Shown: positions 20,040-29,356 of the stretch, in pieces
Position numbering within the stretch: position 1 is the stretch's first letter
How the letters are laid out: the number at the start of each line of letters is the position of its first letter
The notes under the pieces: generated by a model
Told to the model about the DNA's origin: nothing
Database searches by the model: none
What the model saw: only the letters and a program-made list of their open reading frames with translations
Program-made: the position numbers and the translations under genes
Source of the DNA: a virus
IMG/VR virus record: IMGVR_UViG_3300010885_077086
Location: 1 to 64,000 of that record
Strand: one strand, 5' to 3'
Length of the DNA: 64,000 nucleotides

Positions 20040-20351
20040 TAAATTTTAAAAAATATATTATTAGAAATAATGCATTAAAAGTAAAAAATATTGACCATGC
20101 TGTCAGAAATCTTTCTTTATCAAATATAATCCAAAATATAAAGTTAAATACTGGATTAAGTATTTCAAAAAGAAAGTCTTCCATCACATTCTATCTATCT
20201 TTATAAATTCCAAAAGATGGGCCGGAACATAAAGCTCTTCTTGCTCTATCCCTATCCACTCAATTGGATGTACTTTGTACAGGTTTCCAACTCTTTCTAA
20301 TACATTAACCAAGATCCATGATTTATCAGGACAAATATATCTAGCTTGCAT

Positions 20352-20708
20352 TTATTCTCCTTTTTTAAGATCTATCAGTGCTTTTGCTAATAGGCTCATT
20401 CCATGAGCTTTTCTTTTCTCTAATTCTTCAAAATATTCGGAAAGGTTCATTCCAAGTATTTTTAATGATTCGGACTCCGTTATTCCAAATATAGAATTTG
20501 AAGAATCAAATTTAATAAGAATTCCATTATTTAGTTTCTTTTTTATTTGAAACTTAGATCCTGCTGGAAATCTAGGATTCTTTCTTTCTGTTGGAATAAG
20601 AAACCCGCGAGATCCAAGCGGAAGCACAGAGCAATTTACAAGAATTTCATTTAGCTTATTCATTTTATTCTGCCTAAAAAATGGTACTGCAAAAAGAAGA
20701 GCCACCAA
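20352..20708 (-). CDS. Hypothetical protein (true start probably the internal MNKLN)
   Basis: ORF track. Confidence 0.55.
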   Translation of the reverse strand: MVALLFAVPFFRQNKMNKLNEILVNCSVLPLGSRGFLIPTERKNPRFPAGSKFQIKKKLNNGILIKFDSSNSIFGITESESLKILGMNLSEYFEELEKRKAHGMSLLAKALIDLKKGE

Positions 20709-20729
20709 GAGATTTATTTCTTGGTGGCT
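20691..20729 (-). terminator. Rho-independent terminator
   Basis: AGCCACCAAGA/TCTTGGTGGCT 11-bp stem plus U-rich tail. Confidence 0.75.
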
Positions 20730-20751
20730 AAACTTACTTAAGTTATTTAAG

Positions 20752-20865
20752 TTACTCTGCGCTATCTACAGCTGATGCGCTATCTGCACTGTCTGACTTT
20801 CCACCAGTGCAAGCTGCGAGTGTTGCTACTGCTGCTACGAGAACCATTGTTACTACTTTTTTCAT
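20752..20865 (-). CDS. Mini-lipoprotein (37 aa; not in track)
   Basis: MKKVVTMVLVAAVATLAA-C-TGGKSDSADSASAVDSAE; LAAC lipobox; AGGAG RBS; own terminator. Confidence 0.75.
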   Translation of the reverse strand: MKKVVTMVLVAAVATLAACTGGKSDSADSASAVDSAE

Positions 20866-21116
20866 TTTGTCTCCTCTGTACTCTTGATTTCTTTTATTCT
20901 CATTCCGCTGGAAGCAAATCTCCACATTCTTGGCCAGCCCATTTCAAAAAAATAATGAGCAACATAGCCAATAATATTAGAGATTATTGTTAATCCAACT
21001 ACAACCGTAAAGGAATGAAAATATATATAGTTTACTAACATTGTCAATGGCATTGAGAATAAAACTCTCCATACCAATACTTTCCAAAATATTTCTTTTT
21101 CATAGGAATGCTTCAC
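20862..21116 (-). CDS. Small two-TM membrane protein (DUF2061-like)
   Basis: KVLVWRVL...HYFFEMGW. Confidence 0.55.
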   Translation of the reverse strand: MKHSYEKEIFWKVLVWRVLFSMPLTMLVNYIYFHSFTVVVGLTIISNIIGYVAHYFFEMGWPRMWRFASSGMRIKEIKSTEETK

Positions 21117-21187
21117 TCTATATAAAGAAATATTAGTCGGTGTCGTCCGACTAACGCTGACATTTTAATTCTTCAGTGAATTCTTTT

Positions 21188-21460
21188 TTAGTGAGCTGCG
21201 GTTGAGCTTGAGCTGGAAGTGCTGCTGCTTGACTGAGTTGCTGGTGCAGTGGTTACAGTTGAGGTGGTTCCAGCGGTGCTCTCAGTTGTAGAGGTTACTA
21301 CTGAGGTAGCTGCTGCTGCATCAGTGGTTACTGTTGCCTCGGTGGTTACTGCAGTTGTCTCAGTTGAAGTTGGTGTGGTTGCAGCCTCAGTTGCGGCTGG
21401 AGCCTCTACCTTCTCTGCTGTTGAGCAAGCAAGTAGTGCAGATAGTACTAATGTTAACAT
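21188..21460 (-). CDS. Thr/Ala/Ser-rich lipoprotein
   Basis: MLTLVLSALLA-C lipobox, low-complexity body, AGGAG RBS. Confidence 0.7.
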   Translation of the reverse strand: MLTLVLSALLACSTAEKVEAPAATEAATTPTSTETTAVTTEATVTTDAAAATSVVTSTTESTAGTTSTVTTAPATQSSSSTSSSSSTAAH

Positions 21461-21553
21461 TTTAACTCCTATTTGTCGTTTAAATCGCTGCAACGATGAA
21501 TTTCGTTGGGCAGCATAATAATACCCTTGTCGAGTAATACTGTCTAAAAATTC

Positions 21554-21772
21554 TTATATCCTTTTTTGATCTGTATTATGAAAGACGACTGTTCTCCATC
21601 CTTCATAATTTAAAGGAATAAGCTTTCTAATTTCTTGCGATGATTCTTTTCCTTGCACATAAACTTCCAAAACAGAACCCCCATCATCGGAAGAAGTTTT
21701 TGTTGTGATATCTCTATCTCCAAATTCTCCTAATATTAATTTTTCTATTTCCTCTGGCGAAGGCTTTTTCAA
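21554..21772 (-). CDS. Hypothetical protein
   Basis: 72 aa. Confidence 0.55.
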   Translation of the reverse strand: MKKPSPEEIEKLILGEFGDRDITTKTSSDDGGSVLEVYVQGKESSQEIRKLIPLNYEGWRTVVFHNTDQKRI

Positions 21773-22038
21773 ACCGTAAATACCTTTATTTTGTGGGCCA
21801 TTATTTTTTCACCTTGTTCTAACTTTATCTTTACGGGTTCTGGCTCATATTGCTTTAATAAAACAATAACTGGAGAGCTTGTCTTTTGATCTAGAAAAAC
21901 CTCAATTAGTTTTCCTTTTATATTTTGACCAAAAGAATCTTTTATAGATATTTCTATAAAATCAGAATCATCTAAAGATGATTTTAATTTTTCAACAAAA
22001 GCTTCGGATTTTGAATTAATAATTTTTTCTAACTTCAT
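21769..22038 (-). CDS. Hypothetical protein
   Basis: 89 aa. Confidence 0.55.
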   Translation of the reverse strand: MKLEKIINSKSEAFVEKLKSSLDDSDFIEISIKDSFGQNIKGKLIEVFLDQKTSSPVIVLLKQYEPEPVKIKLEQGEKIMAHKIKVFTV

Positions 22039-22104
22039 GATAGTGAAAAAATATATAAGTAGAAAATTAATATGGTAATAATAATTTTTTAACTGGAGGT
22101 TAAT

Positions 22105-22287
22105 ATGTCAGAGCAAGTAAAGATAAAGATTCCTTTTGGTAAAGTTGCTGCTTTTGCTGCAAGCTTAGTAGTAAAAGCTCGCGGCGGATTCACAAAAGAT
22201 GAAGGACATCAGATTCTAGCTGAGTTTATGGAATTACTAGCCGATGTTCTCGCTGAAAATGCAAGCACAGTTGCTGGAAAAAAGTAA
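22105..22287 (+). CDS. Small hypothetical protein
   Basis: GGAGG RBS, own terminator. Confidence 0.7.
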   Translation: MSEQVKIKIPFGKVAAFAASLVVKARGGFTKDEGHQILAEFMELLADVLAENASTVAGKK

Positions 22288-22307
22288 TTTTTTAAAAAAA
22301 TAAAATT

Positions 22308-22332
22308 GGAGGGTTTCTGCCCTCCTTTTTTA
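22308..22332 (+). terminator. Rho-independent terminator between convergent genes
   Basis: GGAGGG/CCCTCC stem plus T-tract. Confidence 0.7.
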
Positions 22333-22605
22333 TTAGCTTAATCTTTGAATTTCTCTCTGAATATACCAAAGAGCTTTTTGTAAATCTTCTACTTCAGTAC
22401 TCTTATCTTTTAGTCCAGCTCTTGCAATATATTTTATTGCATTTCCTCTGCTAAAGTTTAGGTTCCAATCTTCAATTGCATCAATAACTTCAATTTTACC
22501 TGAGTTATAATGAGCAGGATGATCTACTCTCACTGACTCTTTATTGCTTTTTTGTACTATTTTCTTTTGTGAGCTATCATCTTCAAAAATATCATCTGAA
22601 GCCAT
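22333..22605 (-). CDS. DUF3310 (SaV-like / T7 gp1.7-like) protein
   Basis: VDHPAHY...EVID...GNAIKYIARAG.K...EDLQKALWYI. Confidence 0.85.
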   Translation of the reverse strand: MASDDIFEDDSSQKKIVQKSNKESVRVDHPAHYNSGKIEVIDAIEDWNLNFSRGNAIKYIARAGLKDKSTEVEDLQKALWYIQREIQRLS

Positions 22606-22658
22606 TTTGCACCTCTAGGATGATATTACCAACAGCAATAGTTTGCTTAAATTAAATA

Positions 22659-24173
22659 TTAATTTATTGTTTCTTTCATTATTTTAAATGCTTCTGATGG
22701 GGTTGATGGTGGTGGCTCTGTTTTTGATAGAGCATTTAGTATCGGCCTAACATCTTGCTCTGTTAGGTACTTTACTTCTTTTCCTGTAAGATGTGTCAAA
22801 TATTTGTGAATCATATCTTTATCTGGATATTTCATTACTGAGTTAGGAGATATTGTATCTTCTTTTAAGTTAATGTGGTTTGGATTTTCTGGAAGAAGTA
22901 TTCCTCTGGCAGCTAATAAGCTGCCCATTCTATCTATTATGATTCCTTTTACATTTTCTTTGTCTTGTACTTTTGTCCAACCAGATATTTCTTTTGCAAA
23001 AAGATCTGAAGACAAATTTCCTGATTCATCTTTTATATTTGAAATAAACCGTACAAGATTTCTATGTCCAAAATTAAAAGATAATCTAGTTAGAGCATCA
23101 TATAGAGACCTTGGAATTTTTGCATTACTATCTAACCCAGCATTATCAATTGCGTGATTTATTATATCATCTGCCTTTATTCTTTCTGCATCTTCTTTTT
23201 TTAATTTTTTCTTCCAGTTTATTTTTCTACCATTTTTAAGCTTAATTATGCCGGTTTTAAATTCATCTTCGGTTATTTTATGACCGTATCCTATTGTCCA
23301 TCCGGTTTTTACCCTATCTTTATCTCTTTTCCAATTAAGAGATTTATTATCATTATATGGAGTATCTTGAAATCCTTCATCTGATTTTAATCCACTTATT
23401 GCAATATCTGAAAAATCCATTTCACCAACTGTTCCAACTTCATCTACAAAATAATCATTTCCAATTCTTCTTGCAAATTTTGCCATTATCTCTTTTAGAT
23501 CTGGATAGGCAACCTGTGCTCTTTCGGTATGTGGAAATAATTCAGTTTGTTTTAGCTGTAAACCAGATTCTTCAAATGTAAGATTTTGATTATATTCTTT
23601 TAAAAACTCAATAATTATATCTTTTTTATCTTCAACCTGAATATCTGGATATATTTCTTTTATTATGGTATCGGTTTGTGTTCCAATTGGAAATTCTTTT
23701 TTTAACTTTATTAAGTTTGGTGATTCTTCAAGAGAAAAATCAGCAATTTTTTCTTCAAGAATTTCTTTTCCACCAAGATTATATCCCAATGCTCCAGCAA
23801 GGCCCAATCCCAAGAAAGCACTAAGAAGCATTGACTTTATGCTGCTCTTTATTGCCGCAGCCTCTTTTCTAAATCCAAATCCCTGTAGTGCAGCCTTAAC
23901 TGACTTTAGCTTTGATAGCCTTTTCTTTAGTGCGCTATTTCTTTCGCCATAATCAAGGTTCTTTCTGAAAAATTCTGGAACATCACCTTTTCCACCGCGA
24001 GGAAAAACATGACTATCATCCGAAGAGTTTTGGTGTTTGAAATATTCTATCTGACGAAGTCTTTTTTTTGCACCGGCCATTGTTTTATAGGTTCCCATGT
24101 TTCTTCCCTTTTCGGAAAAAACACGAAATTTTTCTTTACCAATTTGTTTTATATAAGATTCTTTGATAAACAT
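22659..24173 (-). CDS. Virion-associated lysozyme (GH24-like domain) with TM segment
   Basis: DEGFQDTPYND...WTIGYGH...YDALTRLSFNFG; LLSAFLGLGLAGALG. Confidence 0.65.
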   Translation of the reverse strand: MFIKESYIKQIGKEKFRVFSEKGRNMGTYKTMAGAKKRLRQIEYFKHQNSSDDSHVFPRGGKGDVPEFFRKNLDYGERNSALKKRLSKLKSVKAALQGFGFRKEAAAIKSSIKSMLLSAFLGLGLAGALGYNLGGKEILEEKIADFSLEESPNLIKLKKEFPIGTQTDTIIKEIYPDIQVEDKKDIIIEFLKEYNQNLTFEESGLQLKQTELFPHTERAQVAYPDLKEIMAKFARRIGNDYFVDEVGTVGEMDFSDIAISGLKSDEGFQDTPYNDNKSLNWKRDKDRVKTGWTIGYGHKITEDEFKTGIIKLKNGRKINWKKKLKKEDAERIKADDIINHAIDNAGLDSNAKIPRSLYDALTRLSFNFGHRNLVRFISNIKDESGNLSSDLFAKEISGWTKVQDKENVKGIIIDRMGSLLAARGILLPENPNHINLKEDTISPNSVMKYPDKDMIHKYLTHLTGKEVKYLTEQDVRPILNALSKTEPPPSTPSEAFKIMKETIN

Positions 24174-24196
24174 GCCCTATTTTGAAAAAGTAATAG

Positions 24197-24225
24197 AAAA
24201 GGCGGGAAGTTTTCTCTTCCCGCCT
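24197..24225 (-). terminator. Rho-independent terminator
   Basis: AGGCGGGAAG/CTTCCCGCCT 10-bp stem plus U-tract. Confidence 0.75.
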
Positions 24226-24234
24226 ATCTATTGG

Positions 24235-25197
24235 CTAGTAGCGATAGCGTCCTTTCCAATCGCTATAATCACCATCCTTCCTTGCTATACACTGCTCAAC
24301 CAAGCGATTAAGACCAAGCTTCGATGCTACAGGAGCAGCAAACATTAGGTCTTGACGCCTTAGGTGAGGCAGAATCATCTGCTGAACACCGTAATCATCG
24401 CAGGAAGCAAACTTTCCAATGACGGACTGAGGATAAGCAATTCTTTCAGTAATGACTTCATCTGGAATTGATAGACGCTTTGCCTCTTCAATCTTATTGA
24501 CAAAGATTCTGACAAGCGATTGCTTATTCTTTGCGTGGCCAGAAGAAATTAGCTCAGAAATAATATCCTCTGGAAAGATAGGACACTTCTCTGCGCAGCC
24601 AATAACATTACTCCTCTTGTCGGTATATCCCTTGCTACGCTCAATCCTAGACCATACCATAGAATAGAAGGCCGGATCTACTGAACTGGAGAGTCCAGAA
24701 TCCATCCAGAATCTGATATTCTCTTTGTTGTTCTCAATATAAGCTTGAGTTAGACGCTTTGTATAGTCAATTGTAAACTTAGGATCAGACAAAAGAGTCG
24801 AGATTGTTACTTTTGCTTGCTTTATCTCAACAGAATCAGAATCATCTGGCAGCTTATCCCAAATCTCAGAAAAAAGATTCTGAATAAACATCTTATTTTC
24901 TGAGCCAATGCCATTCTTAAACTTGGGAGAATAATAATCTGTCCAAGTGTAATAGCGACAATAAAGATCAAAAATTCCCTTTCTATTCTCAGAAAAATTA
25001 TTCCAAGTCCAAGCAAGGGCATTTGTATTCATCAGAATAGCAAACTCGTTACCTCGCTCGCCACGACTATAATATGAATTGCTATCACAAAAAGTAGTCT
25101 TAACAGAGGCAGTAAAGAGGGCCATTAGAGTTTCATGGTCTGGCTCCCAATTGGATTCAACAGAAACAGTAGACAAAATATCCTTAAGCTGCGACAT
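24235..25197 (-). CDS. Alpha-helical (HEAT-like) hypothetical protein
   Basis: 320 aa, AGGAG RBS. Confidence 0.6.
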   Translation of the reverse strand: MSQLKDILSTVSVESNWEPDHETLMALFTASVKTTFCDSNSYYSRGERGNEFAILMNTNALAWTWNNFSENRKGIFDLYCRYYTWTDYYSPKFKNGIGSENKMFIQNLFSEIWDKLPDDSDSVEIKQAKVTISTLLSDPKFTIDYTKRLTQAYIENNKENIRFWMDSGLSSSVDPAFYSMVWSRIERSKGYTDKRSNVIGCAEKCPIFPEDIISELISSGHAKNKQSLVRIFVNKIEEAKRLSIPDEVITERIAYPQSVIGKFASCDDYGVQQMILPHLRRQDLMFAAPVASKLGLNRLVEQCIARKDGDYSDWKGRYRY

Positions 25198-25205
25198 TTT
25201 AACTC

Positions 25206-25584
25206 CTAATAGTTAAGAACTTCTTTTACCCAATTACCATCAGAATCAACATAGTGAATCCTCTTAATTCCTGCACGACGAATATGAGTCATGCAGTAAT
25301 GACAAGGACGAGAAATGCAGAGAGAACCATCCTTTCGGAAACGAGCAACCCAAAGAACATCCCTTGAGTTAGCCTTTGCCTTCTCAATTGCCTGCATTTC
25401 AGCATGACAGCAATAGGCAATTTCCTTCTTGTCTGCAAAGAACCTGCGAAACTTAGGAGAGGACTTTTCTCCGTTCGTTCCATAAATAACCGAATTACCT
25501 CGCGGAATCCACGCAATAAGGTGGAAAGGCTGGCCGTTAGAAAGGGCCGTTTCGCGAAGGAACTCCTAGAGACACCCTTGGCAT
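25206..25584 (-). pseudogene. Cytidine/dCMP-deaminase-family gene with a 1-nt frameshift after codon 6
   Basis: GGAGG RBS + ATG 25584 (MPRVSL); the frame with CHAE...SRPCHYC opens after TAG at 25566-25568; span 379 nt. Confidence 0.7.
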
Positions 25585-25623
25585 GAAAACCTCCTTATAT
25601 CTTTGAGCACCGTGCTCACCTAT

Positions 25624-25651
25624 AATGTACGCACCGGGAGGATAAGGTCAA
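25624..25651 (-). promoter_or_regulatory. Early promoter
   Basis: TTGACC-N16-TACATT with CGGTGC. Confidence 0.7.
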
Positions 25652-25695
25652 TTGGCTAAGTGAGATTTTTTATATTTGGTGTGTAGCGGGATATA

Positions 25696-26337
25696 CTAGG
25701 ATATGTTAGTTGAAATAATTTTGTTTGATTTTTTCATATTTTCTATTTTTTCTAATGGCCTAAGATTTTCAAGGCACCAGGCCTTTATAAAATTTTCATG
25801 CTCCATGCCATCATACTCTAGCAAAGAGTGTGGATAAATATGATCGACATGCCAATAAGAACCATAATTATTCCAATTCATTTCTTCATCAAAATGAGAT
25901 TCAAGATGTTGTTTAAGCTGAGGCAAAGTAAATGGCAAATATGACATACAAGAGCCTGACTTTTGATTGCCTTTTAGCATTTTTCTTATGGTTCGAGAAA
26001 TATTTGTTCTTAATTTATAAGCACTATTATTATTTCTTTTTTCTATTTCTTTTTTATTTTTACAAGATCTACATACGCTAGTTAAACCACTTGGCTGTAT
26101 TTTATTTTTATAAAACTTATCTTTTTCTAATAAGAGATTGCAATTAGGGCACCACTTGTGGGTTTCTGTATTTAATCTTGTACCCTTAAATTTTAGCTCA
26201 TTCAATGGCTTTGCTTTTCTAATTGATTCGCATCTTTTACATTGGCTAGCGTAACCAGAAGCCGTATCATTTCTAGTGTAAAAGTTATAAATTGGCAAAT
26301 TTTGATTACATTTTGAACAATTCTTATTTTCTAACAT
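25696..26337 (-). CDS. HNH homing-type endonuclease with CxxC zinc fingers
   Basis: CSKC/CKRC/CPNC/CRSC; WHVDHIYP...ENLRPL...EN; start re-called at MLENK behind GGAG. Confidence 0.8.
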   Translation of the reverse strand: MLENKNCSKCNQNLPIYNFYTRNDTASGYASQCKRCESIRKAKPLNELKFKGTRLNTETHKWCPNCNLLLEKDKFYKNKIQPSGLTSVCRSCKNKKEIEKRNNNSAYKLRTNISRTIRKMLKGNQKSGSCMSYLPFTLPQLKQHLESHFDEEMNWNNYGSYWHVDHIYPHSLLEYDGMEHENFIKAWCLENLRPLEKIENMKKSNKIISTNIS

Positions 26338-26400
26338 TTTGGCGGAACTCCAAACCATATAAAAAAATTAGTATATGATTTTGATTTCCGCCAAAATTAA

Positions 26401-26769
26401 TCAATAAAGCTTCTTTCCGTTGTGGTTCCCATTACCACCAAACTCACCCACCATCTTTCCTCCAAATGAATCAGTATGCATGATGTTTGTTGAGCCCAAA
26501 TGGCAGCTCTTACCCTTATTAAACCCGGTAGAGTTTTTGTAAGCCTTCATATAAGCATTGGCATTAGTCTTATTATCAAAGCGCATTACGGTGATCATGG
26601 TGGTCTTTCCATCCCCTGCTCCAACACCAATTGAGACGGGGGCCTTTTCTGTCTTGAGAGAGACAACGCAATCGGAACACTCGTTGATTTTTCCGCCAAC
26701 CATAATCTTCTGAGCGGACTTTGTATCAAACTCTTCGCCACAATGAACGCAGGACTTAATCATTTGCAC
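26401..26769 (-). CDS. Zn-finger hypothetical protein
   Basis: CVHC...CSDC. Confidence 0.6.
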   Translation of the reverse strand: MQMIKSCVHCGEEFDTKSAQKIMVGGKINECSDCVVSLKTEKAPVSIGVGAGDGKTTMITVMRFDNKTNANAYMKAYKNSTGFNKGKSCHLGSTNIMHTDSFGGKMVGEFGGNGNHNGKKLY

Positions 26770-26781
26770 CTCGACCCTATT

Positions 26782-26809
26782 AATATATCCACCGTAGGGC
26801 GAAGATCAA
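26782..26809 (-). promoter_or_regulatory. Early promoter
   Basis: TTGATC-N16-TATATT with CGGTGG. Confidence 0.65.
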
Positions 26810-26826
26810 GTGGGGAACAAAAATTT

Positions 26827-27252
26827 CTAAGTTTTTTTCACGGCGTCAATTAGCCAAGAGGAAGATTGGGTCTTTCCACCGCCAACATTCCACAACATTT
26901 CTATTCCAAGCTCGGCACAAACCTCGCCCTCTGGTGTATTTCCAGCCTTTCTATCACCACCATTTGCAAAATAATCTGGACAAATACGACGAAGGGCTTC
27001 ACAAACAGTTCCATCTGAATCATCAACTGGAATTACGGATACAACTCCTTTAAATGCCATAATAATCTCTGCCCTTTCCTCCCAAGACATAAATTTATAG
27101 CCCTTCTTCCTCATGAGCCAATCGTCAGAATTAAGGATGACTACTACATCGCCATAGGTTGCTGCCTCAAGAATCATTTTGACATGACCAGAGTGACATG
27201 GATCACAACCACCCGATACAGCTACTATTTTTCTTTTATTATCAATATTCAT
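26827..27252 (-). CDS. Cytidylyltransferase-like HxGH nucleotidyltransferase (TagD/RfaE-II family)
   Basis: VSGGCDPCHSGH, LNSD, RKKG, FANGGDR, QSSS. Confidence 0.85.
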   Translation of the reverse strand: MNIDNKRKIVAVSGGCDPCHSGHVKMILEAATYGDVVVILNSDDWLMRKKGYKFMSWEERAEIIMAFKGVVSVIPVDDSDGTVCEALRRICPDYFANGGDRKAGNTPEGEVCAELGIEMLWNVGGGKTQSSSWLIDAVKKT

Positions 27253-27405
27253 ATTATATATCCTGTTGGAAGTATTATCTATTAACTTAGTTACTATATA
27301 TAGAGGGTTTTATATATATACTGCAAAATTTTTAAAAAGCTTAACCAAAAATAATTTTTTCTATTATTTTATTGAGAAGTGTATAAACAGTTTTATGGAG
27401 ATTTT

Positions 27406-29355
27406 ATGAGAAAAGTAGATAACAGAAGTGGCATCTCAAAAAGAGCATTACTAACACCAACTTCCGCAGCAGACATTGTTTACGCTATAGTTGGTGGCGA
27501 TAGAACAGGATCTATGACTGGTGCATTTTCAAATTTAGTAAGAAATAATCCAGCAGAATTTAACAGAATTTATAATACACTAAGTTCTGCAGAGAGAACT
27601 GCTCTTGGCAGTCATATGTCAGAAACCGGACTACTTAGAGAAATTGGATTTAGACCAGCAACAACCACTATGCCAATTTCATATAGACCCGGAACAACAG
27701 CACTTAGGGGTGCAGGAACAGCATTGACAGGAACTGCAGAGACAGCAACTGTTGCTGCTCCTGTCGCAACAGAGGCGGCAACAGTTGCAGCGGCACCTGT
27801 CGCAACAGAAGTAGCGGCAGCAGGAGCAGGAACTGCCGCAACAGGAGCAGGAGTAACAGCCGCAGGAGCAATATCAATAGGTGCGGCAGCAGCAGCATTA
27901 TTGGCATATCCAAAGATTGGACAGTTAATATATGGCGGAATTGATGAGGATCAGTTAAAAACAGGAGACCCATCTGATATATTAAGAACTGGCTTAATCA
28001 GAACTGTTCAGAATTATTGGCAGCCAATAATTGAGTGTGATGTAGCAGACTGGGACTACGGTGGAGATCTTTCAGACATTGCAGATTTTGAAAATGCAAG
28101 AATAATAAAAAATTATGCTGACATTCTTCATGCCTCAACAACAAGCATTAGAATGAGAGATTATGCATTAAAGCAGATAACACTTGACAATATTTCTAGA
28201 GAGCTTGCCAATGCACAAGATCAGAGTGGTGGAAGTTGGGCCGCAAGATTTATAGTCGGAGGAAGAGACGATAGATCTTATGATATGATAAGGAAAAGCC
28301 CCTGCGTAGCAAAGGGTGTGGCAGATTTCACAGGATGGGTTGCGCAGTATATTTCCACACTAAAGAGCCATGATCCTATCTTGGCAGCAAAGAGTGGTGG
28401 TGGAGAAGATAAACCAAATGTTCCACAGGGCGGTGGTAACGGCGGTGGTAATGGTGGCGGTGGAGGAGGAGTTCCAAGAACAACAAGAAACGAGAGTCTT
28501 GATTATGTTGGTGCATCAGAGATAATGATTGAAAAGGGATTCCTCGATACAGTTCAAACAAGCTGGACTCCAAAATTCGATAGTGCATTTAGAGGCTTTG
28601 TTGATGCTGCAACAAAAGCAGCAGAAAATATTAATGATACAAAATTAGTTTCAGGTCAAACTTGGGGAGAGGCTTCTGATGAAATTGGATTCACACCAGA
28701 TGCTCGCGGTGGAATAATTGCAGTAAAGAGATTGGCAAAGTTTATTGGAACAGAAAAAGTACCATCTACAACTGGAGAAGATAAGCCTGCTACACCAGAA
28801 GCACCAAAGGGAGAGGCTCCAGCAGTATCTGGAAAGGTAAATGTCTTAGCAGAGATGATTGGAATTCTTTATAACGAAAGACTTGTTGAGGGAGGCGGAT
28901 TCTTATCTTATGAAAAGAAACAAACTCAGAGTCTCGTTGATGCAATTGGTGGCGCTGGACCTTCTGGATTTCCAAATGCTGCCAAGGTTCTTCTAAAGAG
29001 AAATCCTCAATTAGAATCAGTTGTTCCAGACAAACTAGCTACTCCAATCACAAAGAAGACAATAAAGGGAACAGAATTGGCTACAGCCTTTAAGATGGTT
29101 CAGCAGACAATTCACGACATTTATGAGTCAGCAAATCCAGGTATGATAAATCCAGGAAAGAACAAGGCAACTGAAAATGTTAAGAAGTACCTCGGAACAA
29201 TGGCTGGTGGTAGCTGGAAAGAAGCAAGCTTTTCTCAGAACCGTTTTGTAAAATTAGCCGAAGAGCGTAGAGAAAGAATTAGAAGAGAAATCGAGGCTAA
29301 TTTAACTCCAGCTGAAAGAGCAGCAATGAGAAGACTAAGAGTTAGAGGAGCATAA
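27406..29355 (+). CDS. Large probable virion (internal/ejection) protein
   Basis: Ala/Thr-rich hydrophobic stretch, Gly linker, C-terminal KLAEE...RRLRVR. Confidence 0.6.
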   Translation: MRKVDNRSGISKRALLTPTSAADIVYAIVGGDRTGSMTGAFSNLVRNNPAEFNRIYNTLSSAERTALGSHMSETGLLREIGFRPATTTMPISYRPGTTALRGAGTALTGTAETATVAAPVATEAATVAAAPVATEVAAAGAGTAATGAGVTAAGAISIGAAAAALLAYPKIGQLIYGGIDEDQLKTGDPSDILRTGLIRTVQNYWQPIIECDVADWDYGGDLSDIADFENARIIKNYADILHASTTSIRMRDYALKQITLDNISRELANAQDQSGGSWAARFIVGGRDDRSYDMIRKSPCVAKGVADFTGWVAQYISTLKSHDPILAAKSGGGEDKPNVPQGGGNGGGNGGGGGGVPRTTRNESLDYVGASEIMIEKGFLDTVQTSWTPKFDSAFRGFVDAATKAAENINDTKLVSGQTWGEASDEIGFTPDARGGIIAVKRLAKFIGTEKVPSTTGEDKPATPEAPKGEAPAVSGKVNVLAEMIGILYNERLVEGGGFLSYEKKQTQSLVDAIGGAGPSGFPNAAKVLLKRNPQLESVVPDKLATPITKKTIKGTELATAFKMVQQTIHDIYESANPGMINPGKNKATENVKKYLGTMAGGSWKEASFSQNRFVKLAEERRERIRREIEANLTPAERAAMRRLRVRGA

Positions 29356-29356
29356 T

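Noticed and set aside
25566-25568. TAG reassignment explaining the deaminase break
   Set aside because: TAG terminates intact genes here (groEL, uvsE, cyanophycinase), and the RBS/ATG is in another frame.
25677-25692. tRNA-like 3' end (...CCCGCTACACACCA on - strand)
   Set aside because: No T-loop GTTC or cloverleaf upstream; the HNH stop codon lies there.
27720-27900. CRISPR or tandem array
   Set aside because: Repeats such as CCTGTCGCAACAGA are in-frame Ala/Thr codons with no spacer periodicity.
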